DNA from: Pampinifervens diazotrophicum
GTDB taxonomy: Bacteria; Aquificota; Aquificia; Aquificales; Aquificaceae
Assembly: GCF_033971325.1 (NCBI RefSeq)
Contig: NZ_CP117180.1
Coordinates: 66,041 to 130,040, forward strand
Reading direction: 5' to 3'
Length of the DNA: 64,000 bases
Shown here: positions 11,085 to 20,714 of the stretch, piece by piece
Numbering within the stretch: position 1 is the first letter of the stretch
Layout of the letters: every line of letters starts with the position of its first letter
The notes under the pieces: generated by a model
What the model was told of the DNA's origin: nothing
Database searches by the model: none
What the model saw: the letters and a program-made list of their open reading frames with translations, nothing else
Position numbers and translations under genes: made by a program

Positions 11085-12064
11085 TAGAGTCTCATGAGGG
11101 CTTCAAAGTCTTCCTCAGACATAACATCTATATGCCAGCCTGTAATCCTGTTTGCCAATTTCACATTTACACCATGCCTACCTATAGCAAGAGAGAGCTT
11201 TTCTTTTGGCACTGCTACCTCAGCTTTCTTATTCCTTCTGTCAAGCCTTATCTTTGACACAGGGGCAGGAGAAATACTTCTTCTTATTAGCTCTTCATCG
11301 TCTGAGGTCCACTTTATCACATCTATTCTCTCACCAGAAAGCTCTTCGGAAATAGGAACTATCCTTGAACCTCGTATACCCACCACCACACCCACAGGGT
11401 CTATCTTGGAGTCCTCAGAATGTACAAGCACCTTTGCCCTCTCTCCTGGCTCTCTTACTATGGCTTTTATTACCACATCACCTCTTGCAACCTCTGGAAC
11501 CTCATGCTCTATGAGCTTTTTTAGAAACTTAGGATGGGTTCTGGAAAGTATTATCTCGTATTTACCCTTTCTTCTACTTACGCTTAGAAGCAAAGCTTTA
11601 AGCCTACTTCCTTGCTTGTATTCTTCCTTTCTAATTTGCTCCCTCTTGGGTAATATTCCTAAAACCTTGCCAAGGTCTACTATTACATCTCCTTCTTCTG
11701 TTATTTTTCTCACTATACCAAATACTATCTCTCCTTCTCTTTCTAAATATTCAAGGTATCCCCTCTCTTCCTCTGCCTTTTCCAACTCCCTTAAGAATTC
11801 TTCCTTAGCTGCATAAGCTGCTATTCTGTTTACATCTTCTGTTGATATATCCAAGGGGAGTTTTACTATCTCACCGTTTTTCTTTCTCACTATGCACACT
11901 CTTATGTGGTCATCTTCAAGGTGCACCTCAAGGTCTTCCCTTACTCTTCTATCCTTTTTTATTGCGAGGGCTATGGCGTTTTTGAGAGACTTTTCCACAA
12001 CCCACTCTGGAAGGTTCTTGTCCTTTGCCACCTGTTCTATGAGTTTCTTGAGGCTCTTTACCAT
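11084..12064 (-). CDS. nusA: Transcription termination/antitermination factor NusA (short form lacking C-terminal acidic repeats)
   Basis: N-terminal NusA domain, then S1 and two KH domains (GxxG in IGRHGVNVKLA). Directly follows rimP, the conserved rimP-nusA arrangement. Confidence 0.85.
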   Translation of the reverse strand: MVKSLKKLIEQVAKDKNLPEWVVEKSLKNAIALAIKKDRRVREDLEVHLEDDHIRVCIVRKKNGEIVKLPLDISTEDVNRIAAYAAKEEFLRELEKAEEERGYLEYLEREGEIVFGIVRKITEEGDVIVDLGKVLGILPKREQIRKEEYKQGSRLKALLLSVSRRKGKYEIILSRTHPKFLKKLIEHEVPEVARGDVVIKAIVREPGERAKVLVHSEDSKIDPVGVVVGIRGSRIVPISEELSGERIDVIKWTSDDEELIRRSISPAPVSKIRLDRRNKKAEVAVPKEKLSLAIGRHGVNVKLANRITGWHIDVMSEEDFEALMRL

Positions 12065-12531
12065 CTTTCTATCTCCAAGTTAGCCCTTGCAATTAGGGAA
12101 AGAGGAATATAATATTCCTTACCCGTTTCCTTTTCTCTAAGTTGAAGAATGCCTTCTTTAATACCCTGTATGTATCCCTTCATATCCCTATTACCTTCTA
12201 TAGGCTCTCTTAGGATAACCCTTATAAGCCTTCCTTGGAAAAACTCAAAGTGAGAGGGCTTGGTAAGCTCCCTAGTGAGCCCAGGCGAAGATACTTCAAG
12301 CACGTAAGACACAGGTATTATATCCTCCACGTCCAGCAAGGCACTTATTCTCTTGCTCACTTCCTCGCAATCCCCGAGGGTTATGCCGCCTTCTTTGTCC
12401 AGGATTACCCTTAACACCCATCCCCTTTCAGACTTGAACTCTACATCAAACAGTTTATAACCCATGTTTTTCACTATAGGCTCTATCATCTCCTTCACCT
12501 TTCCCGCTATGAGCTTTTCTTGTAAATGCAT
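12058..12531 (-). CDS. rimP: Ribosome maturation factor RimP
   Basis: 157 aa with YVLEVSSPGLTREL RimP signature. Lies upstream of nusA. Confidence 0.85.
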   Translation of the reverse strand: MHLQEKLIAGKVKEMIEPIVKNMGYKLFDVEFKSERGWVLRVILDKEGGITLGDCEEVSKRISALLDVEDIIPVSYVLEVSSPGLTRELTKPSHFEFFQGRLIRVILREPIEGNRDMKGYIQGIKEGILQLREKETGKEYYIPLSLIARANLEIERW

Positions 12532-12567
12532 GATTCTACAATTATAGCACTGTATAATGTTCTTAGT

Positions 12568-13479
12568 ATGGAAGTTGAAGCAGTTATATCAGAAGTAAGG
12601 AGGGTGCTCAAGGGGAAGGACGAAATAGTAAAATACTCTCTGGTATGCCTTCTCTCTGGTGGACACCTTTTGTTGGAAGATGTGCCGGGCGTTGGAAAAA
12701 CCACCCTTACCCTTTCTATAGCAAAAGTCTTAGGCTTGTCCTTTGCAAGAATTCAATTTACAAGTGACCTACTACCCTCAGACATACTCGGCGTGAGCCT
12801 TTACGATCAGTCAAAGAAGTCCTTTGTTTTCAAAAAGGGACCAATATTTAACAACCTCATACTTGCGGATGAGATAAACAGAGCTACACCTAAAACACAG
12901 AGTGCATTGCTTGAGGCAATGGCGGAAGGAAAGGTTTCTGTTGATGGAATAACTTACGAGCTTCCTCAGCCCTTCTTCGTAATAGCTACCCAAAACCCCG
13001 TGGAACAGCATGGCACGTATCCCCTACCCGAGTCTCAGCTGGACAGATTCAGCATGAGGCTTAGCCTCGGATACCCAGACATGGAAACGGAAGCCCAGAT
13101 ACTTAGAGGAGAAAACCCTCTTGAAAGAGTTGAAAGGCTAAAAACGATGATAAAGACAAATGAACTTATATCTTTTATGGAAAACATAAGAAACTGTTAT
13201 GTATCTCCAGAAGTGGCCTATCTTGCAGTAGAAATAGCCTATAATACTAGACATCATCCAAATATACTTCTCGGCGTTTCCACAAGGGGTCTGATACACC
13301 TAATAAACTGTGCCAAAGCACTGGCTTATACCAAAGATAGGGATTTTGTAGTTCCAGAGGACATCTTTGAGCTTGCACCTTTCTGTCTTTCTCATAGGAT
13401 AGTGACAAGGGACGGACAGCAGGCAGACCAAATCATAAGGAGTATAGTTGAAAGCCTCAAAGCAAGGTTTAAACCTTAA
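12568..13479 (+). CDS. MoxR-like AAA+ ATPase
   Basis: Walker A GVGKTTL, Walker B LILADEINRATP, sensor motifs. The ORF in the track starts at 12526, which overlaps the divergent rimP start. The internal Met at 12568 (MEVEAV...) is the more plausible start. Confidence 0.8.
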   Translation: MEVEAVISEVRRVLKGKDEIVKYSLVCLLSGGHLLLEDVPGVGKTTLTLSIAKVLGLSFARIQFTSDLLPSDILGVSLYDQSKKSFVFKKGPIFNNLILADEINRATPKTQSALLEAMAEGKVSVDGITYELPQPFFVIATQNPVEQHGTYPLPESQLDRFSMRLSLGYPDMETEAQILRGENPLERVERLKTMIKTNELISFMENIRNCYVSPEVAYLAVEIAYNTRHHPNILLGVSTRGLIHLINCAKALAYTKDRDFVVPEDIFELAPFCLSHRIVTRDGQQADQIIRSIVESLKARFKP

Positions 13480-13536
13480 CAATTTTTTCATGAAAAACGA
13501 TGTATAATATAAACATCAAGAAAAGGAGGTGGCGAC

Positions 13537-14202
13537 ATGAGGAAAATTGCACTTGCTATGGCATTAGCTTCAGGCTTTGTAATGGCTCAAGACAAGCAAA
13601 AGCCCATGGACCCCTGTGGAAGTCCAAAAGAGGTGTTCAGCAAGTATATGTTGGACAAGTGCTATAAGAACTATTTTGATGCCATAGTGGAGAGTAAGAG
13701 GCTGGCAGAAGATGCAAGCAAGAAGGTTAATGACCTTGAAGGAAGGGTTAAAAAGCTTGAAAACACTGCAGAAGACCACGAGAGACGTCTAAGGGCTCTT
13801 GAAGGCAGAGCATCACCAACACCCGCACCAGCACCTGCTCCTAGGAAAGAAGATGGTGTCGGTCCATATAAGTGGCAACTTGAAGAAGTAGGTGTTGTTT
13901 TCTTTGACTTTGACAGGTTCAACATAAGACCTTCTGAGGCAAGAAAACTTGATGATATGGTTGGAAAACTAACAGGAGATAACCGAGAAATACTAATAGT
14001 AGGCTTTGCGGATACAAGAGGAAGTAGCAGATACAACTTCAACCTCTCCATGTGGAGAGCACAGATGGTTGCCAGCTATTTAGCAAGGAAGGGTGTGGAT
14101 ATAGGAAGAATAAGGATAGCAGCTTACGGTAAGGAAGTTGCGGACCTTCTTGGTCCAAGCCATGCACAACAGAGAGCTGTAAGGATTTATCTCATAAAGT
14201 AA
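13537..14202 (+). CDS. OmpA/MotB-domain peptidoglycan-associated protein with signal peptide, coiled-coil and PAPAPA linker
   Basis: Signal peptide MRKIALAMALASGFVMAQ. Pro-Ala linker. C-terminal OmpA-like domain (FDFDRFNIRP...GFADTRGSSRYNFNLSMWRAQ). Strong RBS aaggaggtg upstream. Confidence 0.75.
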   Translation: MRKIALAMALASGFVMAQDKQKPMDPCGSPKEVFSKYMLDKCYKNYFDAIVESKRLAEDASKKVNDLEGRVKKLENTAEDHERRLRALEGRASPTPAPAPAPRKEDGVGPYKWQLEEVGVVFFDFDRFNIRPSEARKLDDMVGKLTGDNREILIVGFADTRGSSRYNFNLSMWRAQMVASYLARKGVDIGRIRIAAYGKEVADLLGPSHAQQRAVRIYLIK

Positions 14203-15308
14203 TCTCTTATCCTTCTGGCACCCTCTTGCAGGGTGCCCCCATCTTTTGCAAAGGATATTCTTATAAATTTATCTGTATTGTTATTCCCGAAATCTACGCC
14301 AGGTGTAACAGCAACTTTAGCTTCCTTTAAAAGTTTCTGTGATAGACTATAGCCATCAAGACCATACCTTTCTACCCTTGCCCAAAGATAGAAGGCTCCC
14401 TCCGGATATGCGTCAATATCAAAAATATCCTTCAGCTTTTGGTATAGAAGGTCTCTTCTTCTTCTGTAGGTTTTCCTAACCTTTTCAAGGTATTCGTAGT
14501 CAAAGGCTCCAAGGGCAGAGTATTGACTTAGCGTGGGTGCGGATATGAAGAGGTTTTGTATAATGAGCTCTGCCCTTCTTACCATACCTTCATCTGGAAG
14601 TATAACCCAGCCAAGCCTAAAGCCTGGCATACAAAAGGCTTTTGAAAAGCCATTTATAACTATAGCCCTATCACTGAACTCAAGAGCGGTTCTTTCTTTT
14701 CTATCGTAAACAAGCCCGTGGTATATTTCATCGGATATAAAGTATTTACCTCTCTCCTCGCAGTATTCTATCAAGGACTTTAGGTTTTCATCGCTATAAA
14801 GAGTGCCTGTAGGGTTCGCAGGAGATGATATATGAACTGTGGTAAAGTCTCCGACTTCTCTAAGATGGTCTACAGTTATCTGATATCCTGTGCTTTTGTC
14901 TACCCTTATAAAGACTGGTTCTGTGTTAAGCAAATAGGCGAAGTTTTTATAGCACGGATAGGAAGGGTCAGAGAGCACAACCTTTTGCCCTGCGTCCATC
15001 AATATGGCATAGACTACGAGGAAAGCCCCCGATGTTCCAGTAGTTATAACAACCCGAGAGGGTGAGACATTTACTCCATAATACTGGTAATAGTGCTGTG
15101 CTATACGCTCTCTTAGCTCCCATATACCAAGACTGGGTGTGTAGTAGAACCTCTTTTCTTTGATAGCTCTCTCTAAGGCTTCCATAACTGAGGGTGGAGG
15201 CTCAAGGTCTGGTTCACCTATCTCCATGTGAACCACATCGCCCATGACTTGGGCTTCTTTAAGAATGTCCATAACTATAAACGGGCTCACTCTATCAAGT
15301 CTTCCCAT
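14187..15308 (-). CDS. PLP-dependent aminotransferase, class I/II
   Basis: 373 aa. SFSKAFCMPGFRLGW lysine-containing PLP motif and an overall AspC-like layout. Confidence 0.8.
   Translation of the reverse strand: MGRLDRVSPFIVMDILKEAQVMGDVVHMEIGEPDLEPPPSVMEALERAIKEKRFYYTPSLGIWELRERIAQHYYQYYGVNVSPSRVVITTGTSGAFLVVYAILMDAGQKVVLSDPSYPCYKNFAYLLNTEPVFIRVDKSTGYQITVDHLREVGDFTTVHISSPANPTGTLYSDENLKSLIEYCEERGKYFISDEIYHGLVYDRKERTALEFSDRAIVINGFSKAFCMPGFRLGWVILPDEGMVRRAELIIQNLFISAPTLSQYSALGAFDYEYLEKVRKTYRRRRDLLYQKLKDIFDIDAYPEGAFYLWARVERYGLDGYSLSQKLLKEAKVAVTPGVDFGNNNTDKFIRISFAKDGGTLQEGARRIRDYFMR
14217..14247 (+). terminator. Hairpin GGCACCCT-CTTGC-AGGGTGCC followed by CCCATCTTTT; candidate intrinsic terminator for the OmpA-like gene
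   Basis: 8-bp perfect stem 15 nt after the OmpA-like stop. It lies inside the 3' end of the convergent aminotransferase gene. Confidence 0.3.
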
Positions 15309-15570
15309 CTCTCACATTATCAAGTATAAACTTTGCTATACCCATACCTCCAGCCTCTGCCAGTTTCCTGCTAATGTTTTCAAGGAATATATCGTAGTAT
15401 AGCTTAGTATCAAAGGTTTTCCCTTCAAGCATAGGTCTAAAGGCTTCTTTCAGAACTTCTTTTAGAAGTATCGCCTCAAACTCAACTGCGACAGCCTTCT
15501 TGTCTCTTTTTATAGTATCTATGTAATTCATCCCTTGAGTAGAAAATAGTACCTTTTTGTCAAGCCCCAT
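15295..15570 (-). CDS. Small protein resembling the FlgJ N-terminal Rod-binding domain (flagellar rod assembly)
   Basis: EFEAILLKEVLKEAFRP...YYDIFLENISRKLAEAGGMGIAKFI resembles the Rod_binding family consensus (FE..fL.qMLKsM ... GGlGLa). Its stop overlaps the start of the downstream aminotransferase. Confidence 0.45.
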   Translation of the reverse strand: MGLDKKVLFSTQGMNYIDTIKRDKKAVAVEFEAILLKEVLKEAFRPMLEGKTFDTKLYYDIFLENISRKLAEAGGMGIAKFILDNVRDGKT

Positions 15571-15585
15571 TGCTAAAATTATACT

Positions 15586-18189
15586 ATGCTCTTACTTATT
15601 CTTTTCCTCTTTTTACCACTAAGCCTCTCCGCACAGGTTTTTATAACGTCCAACTACCCGTTGAGGAAGAGCAATATGGAAAAGGTCATTAACGAGCAAA
15701 ATTACAGGGAAATGGTGGATATCATAAGAAATATAGAGGATGTGAAGGATGTCTACCTTATGGAAAGTGAAGAAGGAATATACATCTACGTGGAAAGATT
15801 TCCTATAATGAGGTCTATACGCGTAGAGGGAAATGTGGCACTTATCAGAGATGAGATACTATCTTATCTTGGCTTTTATGAGGGAATGCCGGTGAGAGGT
15901 CCAGAGTTCAATGAATTGGATGTAGAAGAAAGGGTCAAAAGGTTATACATGGATAGAGGCTTTCTTGACGCGTCTGTAAGGGTTACATTAATAAGGGATG
16001 AAGATGGCTACATAGACCTATATATGGGAATAGATGAAGGACCTGTCTACTTTACAGATGGAGGGGTATATAGAGGATCAAGCTATCCATATTCCATCTT
16101 GGATGAAGCTATAGGACTTGTAAGAGGTAGGGTAATAAAGGAGAGTTTTTTCAGAGAAAGCGTGTTTCAGCTTCAGGACTTCTACATTGAGGAGGGCTTC
16201 TGGGACAGCTTTGTGTATTACGAAGGGCTGGAAAAGTTAAGACTAAACAGACCCTTCTACCGTGTCCTTATGCCTATGGATGGGAGGATAAAAAGAAGCC
16301 CCTTTAGGCTTCTTGGTTCTCTCTCTGAGGGTATTTCAAACCTTTTCAGTCATCCCATTGCCACCTTCAGAGCCATAACGGGAAGGGGCTTTGTTGCGAG
16401 ACCTGTATTTCAGATAATTGAAGGCAGGAGATACAAAATTAACCAGGAAGGAGCAAATTTCTTTACAGAAAAAGAGCTTACCGCTATAAGCGGTCTACAA
16501 AGCAAGGGCGTTGACCCCTTTTCCCTTGAGGAGGCAAGAGAAAACATAATAAGAGCGTATCATAAAAAGGGTTTCTTTGATGTGAAAGTTGAATACGAAA
16601 GGATAGGAGAGGTTATAAATTTCAAAATACATGAAGGATATAGATATAAAATCCTCGGAGAAGGCTTTGAGGAAGAGTTTTATGATGAGGATATGTTAGA
16701 AAGCCTCCTTAAGTCTAAACTGGAAAAGTTATACAAAGAAGGCTATACACTTGTGGATGGTAGATTAAAAAAGGAGGTCCTTAGGGACAAAAAAGAGGTA
16801 AAGGTAGAGTTTGATATAAATCCGGGAAAAAGACAGATACTAAAAGATGTAAAGTATGAAGGGGAAAACAAGGATATAAAGAAACTATTTAGCAAACATA
16901 AAGATAAACTGCCTGCTATATTTAATACAAACCTGATTGAGGACCTAAACATAGACTTACAAAACTACTTCCTCAAAAAGGGTTTAATGGATGGCAATTT
17001 TGACATAGATGTTAAGGTTCAAGAGGACGAAGAAAACATCCTTTACACATACATATACAGAGTGGAAGAGGGACAGGTCTACAAGCTTGGTGATACTATT
17101 TACTACGGCTATGAAAAGACGTCGTCCAGAGAGCTTTCTTATATGACAAAAAAGGCACAGAATTACTCACAGAATCTTGATGATGAAACATTACACAACA
17201 TGTTGACAAGTGGTATATTTAACGGTGTATCCATAGATACCTTTGTTGACAAGGAAGAGAAAGTGGTCCACCGTCTAATTCAGTTATCAGAAGATAAAAG
17301 AGGCATTCTTGACCTCTCTATTGGATACAACACGGAAGAAAACATATCTCTCGAAGGTTTTATCGGTTTAAAGAATTTGTTTGGAGTAGGTCTTTCTTCT
17401 GGCTTAAAATATAGAAAAACTGGTAAAAGAGAGCTCTATGAACTTAGCCTTTCTGATAACTTCTTGTTTTCAAGCAAATACTGGTTCAAATCTAATCTGT
17501 TTAAAACCTACGAGGAGCATAAAAGCTATAGCCTTGATTCATATGGCTCTAACCTTCAATTAGGCTATAGGATAACGAGGAATACATCTGTAGGTCCTGT
17601 TTTTAGCTTGCTCAGAAACGAAGTTGATGGGCAAAAGTATAACATCAGAAAATATGGAGTTTTTCTGCTTAGAGAGTTCAAGGATGACATCTTCTCACCG
17701 AGCAGAATACATTACGATAGCGTGAACTTTAGCCTCGCAGAAGGCGATGCGCGTTATTCTAAGTTTGACCTGTCTACCTTTTATCTCATACCATTGCCAA
17801 AAGATTTCAAGCTTAGCTTCAAGGTAGCAGGAGGTGCAGTTTGGGGCGATGCACCTATATTTGACAGGTTTTTCTTAGGTGGTCTTAGAGACCTAAGGGG
17901 CTACTCCTACGAAGAAATAGGTCAGCCCAATGGTGGTAAATACTATACCTTTGGAAGGCTTGAGTTCATATTCTCTTTAAGAGAGTCCTTTGTGGGAGCT
18001 TTTTTTGGAGATGCTGGAAGTGTTGCTAATAAACCCAAGGACTTATTCAAGGATGTTAAAGCTAACGCAGGTGTAGCATTAGGCGTAAACACACCAATAG
18101 GGCCTATAAGAATTGATGTAGCCTTTCCCTTTGAGAATAATTGGCTAAGTAGATTTAAAGTGTATTTGTCTGTAGGCTACTATTATTGA
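15586..18189 (+). CDS. bamA: Outer membrane protein assembly factor BamA/Omp85 family
   Basis: 867 aa. Signal peptide, repeated POTRA-like modules, C-terminal beta-barrel ending in an aromatic residue (...VGYYY). Confidence 0.8.
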   Translation: MLLLILFLFLPLSLSAQVFITSNYPLRKSNMEKVINEQNYREMVDIIRNIEDVKDVYLMESEEGIYIYVERFPIMRSIRVEGNVALIRDEILSYLGFYEGMPVRGPEFNELDVEERVKRLYMDRGFLDASVRVTLIRDEDGYIDLYMGIDEGPVYFTDGGVYRGSSYPYSILDEAIGLVRGRVIKESFFRESVFQLQDFYIEEGFWDSFVYYEGLEKLRLNRPFYRVLMPMDGRIKRSPFRLLGSLSEGISNLFSHPIATFRAITGRGFVARPVFQIIEGRRYKINQEGANFFTEKELTAISGLQSKGVDPFSLEEARENIIRAYHKKGFFDVKVEYERIGEVINFKIHEGYRYKILGEGFEEEFYDEDMLESLLKSKLEKLYKEGYTLVDGRLKKEVLRDKKEVKVEFDINPGKRQILKDVKYEGENKDIKKLFSKHKDKLPAIFNTNLIEDLNIDLQNYFLKKGLMDGNFDIDVKVQEDEENILYTYIYRVEEGQVYKLGDTIYYGYEKTSSRELSYMTKKAQNYSQNLDDETLHNMLTSGIFNGVSIDTFVDKEEKVVHRLIQLSEDKRGILDLSIGYNTEENISLEGFIGLKNLFGVGLSSGLKYRKTGKRELYELSLSDNFLFSSKYWFKSNLFKTYEEHKSYSLDSYGSNLQLGYRITRNTSVGPVFSLLRNEVDGQKYNIRKYGVFLLREFKDDIFSPSRIHYDSVNFSLAEGDARYSKFDLSTFYLIPLPKDFKLSFKVAGGAVWGDAPIFDRFFLGGLRDLRGYSYEEIGQPNGGKYYTFGRLEFIFSLRESFVGAFFGDAGSVANKPKDLFKDVKANAGVALGVNTPIGPIRIDVAFPFENNWLSRFKVYLSVGYYY

Positions 18190-18329
18190 GGTCTTCTCTT
18201 TTCAATTTTATGCTTGTATTGGTCTATCTTCTCCTTTCTGTATTGAGGGTTTGTAAAGTAGAGGGCACTTATAAGAAAGGAGGCAACCGCGAGTAAAAAA
18301 AGTGCTAAAAGGGCTACTGTTTTTTTCAT
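18183..18329 (-). CDS. Possible 48-aa single-TM protein immediately downstream of coxA. Not in the ORF track because it is under 60 aa
   Basis: My own translation is MKKTVALLALFLLAVASFLISALYFTNPQYRKEKIDQYKHKIEKRRPQ. It lies just after the coxA stop and a hairpin. It could be a small oxidase subunit or spurious. Confidence 0.25.
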   Translation of the reverse strand: MKKTVALLALFLLAVASFLISALYFTNPQYRKEKIDQYKHKIEKRRPQ

Positions 18330-18334
18330 GTTTT

Positions 18335-18353
18335 TAAAAGGGGCGAAAGCCCC
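18335..18353 (-). terminator. GC hairpin (GGGGC-GAAA-GCCCC on the plus strand) followed on the minus strand by UUUUAAAAA. Candidate intrinsic terminator or attenuator after coxA
   Basis: Perfect 5-bp GC stem with a tetraloop 10 nt after the coxA stop. On the minus strand a T-run follows. Confidence 0.35.
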
Positions 18354-18362
18354 CATAAGATT

Positions 18363-19982
18363 TTATTGTTTTTTGTGCTGTTTTTCAAGCCACTCGTAGT
18401 TGTAGGGGTCCCAGTCTTCTGGCATGTGAGGTGTCTTGTCAAAGTTGTGAGGCGGTGGAGGAGAAGGAATAAGCCACTCAAGAGATGGAGACTGCCAAGG
18501 GTTGTCTTCTGCCTTCTTGCCAAATTTTGTAGAAAAAACCAAGTTTAGAACAGCCACTGCTATGCCTATACCAAGAATCATAGCACCTACGGTTTGGAGC
18601 TCATGCAGTCTCACCCAGCTTTCTATTGCAGGATAGTCCGCATATCTTCTTGGCATACCCTCAAGACCTACTATAAACTGAAGGAAATAGAAGAGGTTCG
18701 AACCTATCATTATGAGCACAAGAGCAACCTTTGCCCAGAGCTCGCTATACATCCTACCTGTATACTTGGGATACCAGTAGTAAAAGCCTCCAAAGGCTGC
18801 AAGGGTAAGAGCCATACCAAGCACATAGTGGAAGTGTGCTACAACAAAGTGGGAGTCATGAACTGCAATATCAAAGGCAGGAAGACCAAGAGGTATACCA
18901 GTAAGACCACCTATGAGGAACATGAATATGGCACTTAGGATATATAGCATTGGTGTAGTAAACCTAATAGAACCCTTATACAAGGTAAATATCCAGTTGA
19001 ATATCTTTATACCTGTTGGCACACCTATGAGAACTGTAGTGTAAGAGAAGACTATTCTTATCCAATCTGGCACACCGCTGGTAAACATATGATGTATCCA
19101 AACCATAAAACCGAGAATAGCAATTCCCCATATGGCAAATATCATAGATGTTCTTCCGAATATCTCCCGTCTTGAGAAGGTTGCCACTATCTCAGATATA
19201 ACACCAAAGGCAGGCAGGATCATAACATAAACCACAGGATGAGAATAAAACCAGAAAAGGTTTTGATACAGAAGGGGGTCTCCTCCCCTTGTGGGGTCAA
19301 AGAAAGCTGTGTGGAAGTATTTATCCATAAGGAGCATAGTTACCGCACCTGCAAGGGCAGGCACGCCCAAGATTTGAATTACGTTCATTGCCAAGAAGGA
19401 ATGCAAAAAGAGGTTCATCTTCTTAAGGGTTATACCCGGTGCCCTCATAGTAAGGTTTGTTACCACCAAGTTTATAGCACCCGCCAAAGAAGAAGCACCA
19501 AGAAGGTGGATTATAAGAGCGTAAAAGGCTACAGGTCCAGCGTTTTCATTGAGGGAGAAGGGTGGATAACCCGTCCATAGCATTCTTATGTGATTGCCCG
19601 GGAGGAGTGTTATAAGGGCTAAAACGCTCGCAGCAAAGAAAAACCAATAGCTAAGAGCATTAAGCCTTGGAAAAGCCACATCTCTTGCTCCTATCATTAA
19701 AGGCAGAAGATAGTTTCCAAAGGAACTCCATATGCCCACCGCCCACCAAAATTGCATGAGAACGCCATGAATAGTAAGAGCCTTATTGTAGGTGTCTTCT
19801 CCCATATATTGAAGCCCGGGCTGGTAGAGCTCCATCCTTATGGCAAGAGCGGAAAGACCGGCTATAAGGAAGAACACAAGGCTGGTCACTCCATACATAA
19901 TGCCTATCTTTTTGTGGTCTGTGGTGAATATCCATTCCTTAAGACCGGCACTGAAATACGGCCTATAGCTTATAGCGGCCAT
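18363..19982 (-). CDS. coxA: Cytochrome c oxidase subunit I (haem-copper oxidase, aa3-type)
   Basis: 539 aa, 12 TM helices, conserved His ligands (e.g. HHMF, WAHHMF-like region). Confidence 0.92.
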   Translation of the reverse strand: MAAISYRPYFSAGLKEWIFTTDHKKIGIMYGVTSLVFFLIAGLSALAIRMELYQPGLQYMGEDTYNKALTIHGVLMQFWWAVGIWSSFGNYLLPLMIGARDVAFPRLNALSYWFFFAASVLALITLLPGNHIRMLWTGYPPFSLNENAGPVAFYALIIHLLGASSLAGAINLVVTNLTMRAPGITLKKMNLFLHSFLAMNVIQILGVPALAGAVTMLLMDKYFHTAFFDPTRGGDPLLYQNLFWFYSHPVVYVMILPAFGVISEIVATFSRREIFGRTSMIFAIWGIAILGFMVWIHHMFTSGVPDWIRIVFSYTTVLIGVPTGIKIFNWIFTLYKGSIRFTTPMLYILSAIFMFLIGGLTGIPLGLPAFDIAVHDSHFVVAHFHYVLGMALTLAAFGGFYYWYPKYTGRMYSELWAKVALVLIMIGSNLFYFLQFIVGLEGMPRRYADYPAIESWVRLHELQTVGAMILGIGIAVAVLNLVFSTKFGKKAEDNPWQSPSLEWLIPSPPPPHNFDKTPHMPEDWDPYNYEWLEKQHKKQ

Positions 19983-19997
19983 GGTGATGCACCTCCT

Positions 19998-20714
19998 TTA
20001 AAGGTTTTGTTTATATGAAGTGTTGTTTGTTTGCATACCTTCGTTAAGCCACTTTTCAAATTCTTCCTTTGGAACTACCTTTAGCACTGCGGCCATTTTT
20101 GAATGCTGCGTTCCGCAGTATTCTCTACAAAATGCCCAGTATTCCCCGGGTTTGTTTATCTGAAACCACATATGGGTTATCCTACCTGGGACACAGTCTT
20201 CTGTAACCTTTGCCGGGTGCACGTAGAAGGAGTGTATCACATCCCTTGAGGTACAGAGAACTTTAATAGGCGTGTCCGCAGGTATGTATGCCTTAAACAT
20301 ATCGTTCACCTCTTCTGGCTTAAGATATGCATTAGTCTCTGGGTTTATCACACTGTTGAAGAAGGAAAATACTTTTTTACCATTTGGATACTCAAACTCC
20401 CAACCCCACATGAAAGCTGTGACCTTTATTTCCATGGCATTTTCAGGAGCATTTCTTTGGATTCTATAAAAGGCAAAGCTCTGTGTTGCTAAGTATATGA
20501 CAACTATTGTGGGTATTATAGTCCAGAGAACTTCAAGAGCTTTGCTTTCGTGCACATGCTGTGCCTTTTCGTTAACACCTTTTCTGTAGCGGTATTTAAC
20601 GAGAAAATATGCTCCGGGTATGAAAACCACAAGGTAGATAACCACCGCTATAAACAGCCATATCTCATACATGGTCTGCCAATAGTTGGCAGGATAGGCA
20701 AGCACTTCTTTCAT
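19998..20714 (-). CDS. coxB: Cytochrome c oxidase subunit II (CuA centre)
   Basis: Two N-terminal TM helices and the CuA motif H...CREYCGTQHSKM. Confidence 0.9.
   Translation of the reverse strand: MKEVLAYPANYWQTMYEIWLFIAVVIYLVVFIPGAYFLVKYRYRKGVNEKAQHVHESKALEVLWTIIPTIVVIYLATQSFAFYRIQRNAPENAMEIKVTAFMWGWEFEYPNGKKVFSFFNSVINPETNAYLKPEEVNDMFKAYIPADTPIKVLCTSRDVIHSFYVHPAKVTEDCVPGRITHMWFQINKPGEYWAFCREYCGTQHSKMAAVLKVVPKEEFEKWLNEGMQTNNTSYKQNL

Noticed and set aside
11094-11816. 240-aa plus-strand ORF, Ser/Thr/Leu-rich
   Set aside because: It lies entirely antisense to the well-supported nusA gene, has low-complexity composition and no motifs. It is a typical shadow ORF.
13671-14051. 126-aa minus-strand ORF inside the OmpA-like gene
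   Set aside because: Antisense shadow ORF with Ser/Leu-rich low complexity.
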